Below are positions 62,633 to 64,000 of a stretch of 64,000 nucleotides of DNA, piece by piece. Positions within the stretch are counted from its first letter, which is position 1; the number at the start of each line of letters is the position of its first letter. The position numbers and the translations under genes were made by a program. Origin of the DNA: Chiloscyllium plagiosum (taxonomy: Eukaryota); assembly GCF_004010195.1 (NCBI RefSeq), contig NC_057720.1, positions 30,255,579 to 30,319,578 of the forward strand. The letters are read 5' to 3'. Below the pieces are notes generated by a model, which saw only the letters and a list, made by a program, of their open reading frames with translations, ran no database searches and was not told the origin of the DNA.

Positions 62633-63230
62633 TGAGCATGCAAGGCATAAATCAACATCTTACCATTGACACCTCACAATGCACTTCAGACTCTGCCTTC
62701 ATTTGTGTTCAGTAAAAAGAGGAGAATACTTTTATGATTCTGGTTCCCCTTTCATGGCTCTGTGATAGGGTTAGGAGTAGGCAGCTGTTCAGGTGCACCT
62801 CTGTCAGACAGAAGAATACCCGGCCACAGAGATAGAAGCCCACCCACCAAGATACAAAACAGATTGTTTCCCGCAGCTCAGGAATTTAATACATGGGAGT
62901 CCAGTCTCAGGAAAAATCAATGGTTTAGTACTGATTTCTTCATTTAGAGGGCCGTGAAGCTTTGGAATTTTCTAACCTGGACTGTTGCGAGTACTAAACC
63001 ATTTGAATATATTTAAGCTGAGATAGAGACATCTTTGGTCTTACAGGAAATCTGAAAGGGAAAAGGACAGGAAAGTTGAGTTAAGGTCAATGATCAGTCA
63101 TGATCATATTGAATGGCAGAGCAGGCTAGAGGGGCTATATGGTCTACTGCAGCTCGTTTTACTCTTGTTCACACCAGTGCACCCTCCCAGCCACATGTGC
63201 AAACACTATCGACAGCCACAACAAATGTCA

Positions 63231-63970
<740 letters not shown>

Positions 63971-64000
63971 TAGAGTGAGGCAATTGTAAATTTTAAAAAA

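Overview
This is vertebrate nuclear DNA, very likely from a shark or other elasmobranch, judging by HE1-type SINEs, CR1/HER1 LINEs, a Deu-domain SINE and Penelope-like elements. Four protein genes were reconstructed by hand from GT-AG junctions. (1) A TMEM205-like gene (+, 3 coding exons, 9243-16267, 188 aa) with a CpG-rich, probably bidirectional promoter at ~3300-3900. (2) Complete TTC4 (-, 10 exons, 37762-18704, 391 aa). (3) PARS2 (-, single coding exon 43912-42500, 470 aa). (4) The last three exons of TTC22 (-). Much of the rest is retroelement-derived, and there are two N gaps. The most notable non-genic system is a set of at least three Penelope-like element (PLE) families. Their terminal repeats carry minimal hammerhead-ribozyme motifs (CUGANGA...GAAA..UH) and form fold-back insertions, including a perfect 84-bp-arm palindrome. 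Target-site duplication length appears family-specific: 16 bp in six copies, 12 bp in two, 10 bp in one. One inverted PLE junction recurs at two loci, and two hammerhead cores were split by later CR1/SINE insertions. Gene and family names come from recalled homology, not database searches.
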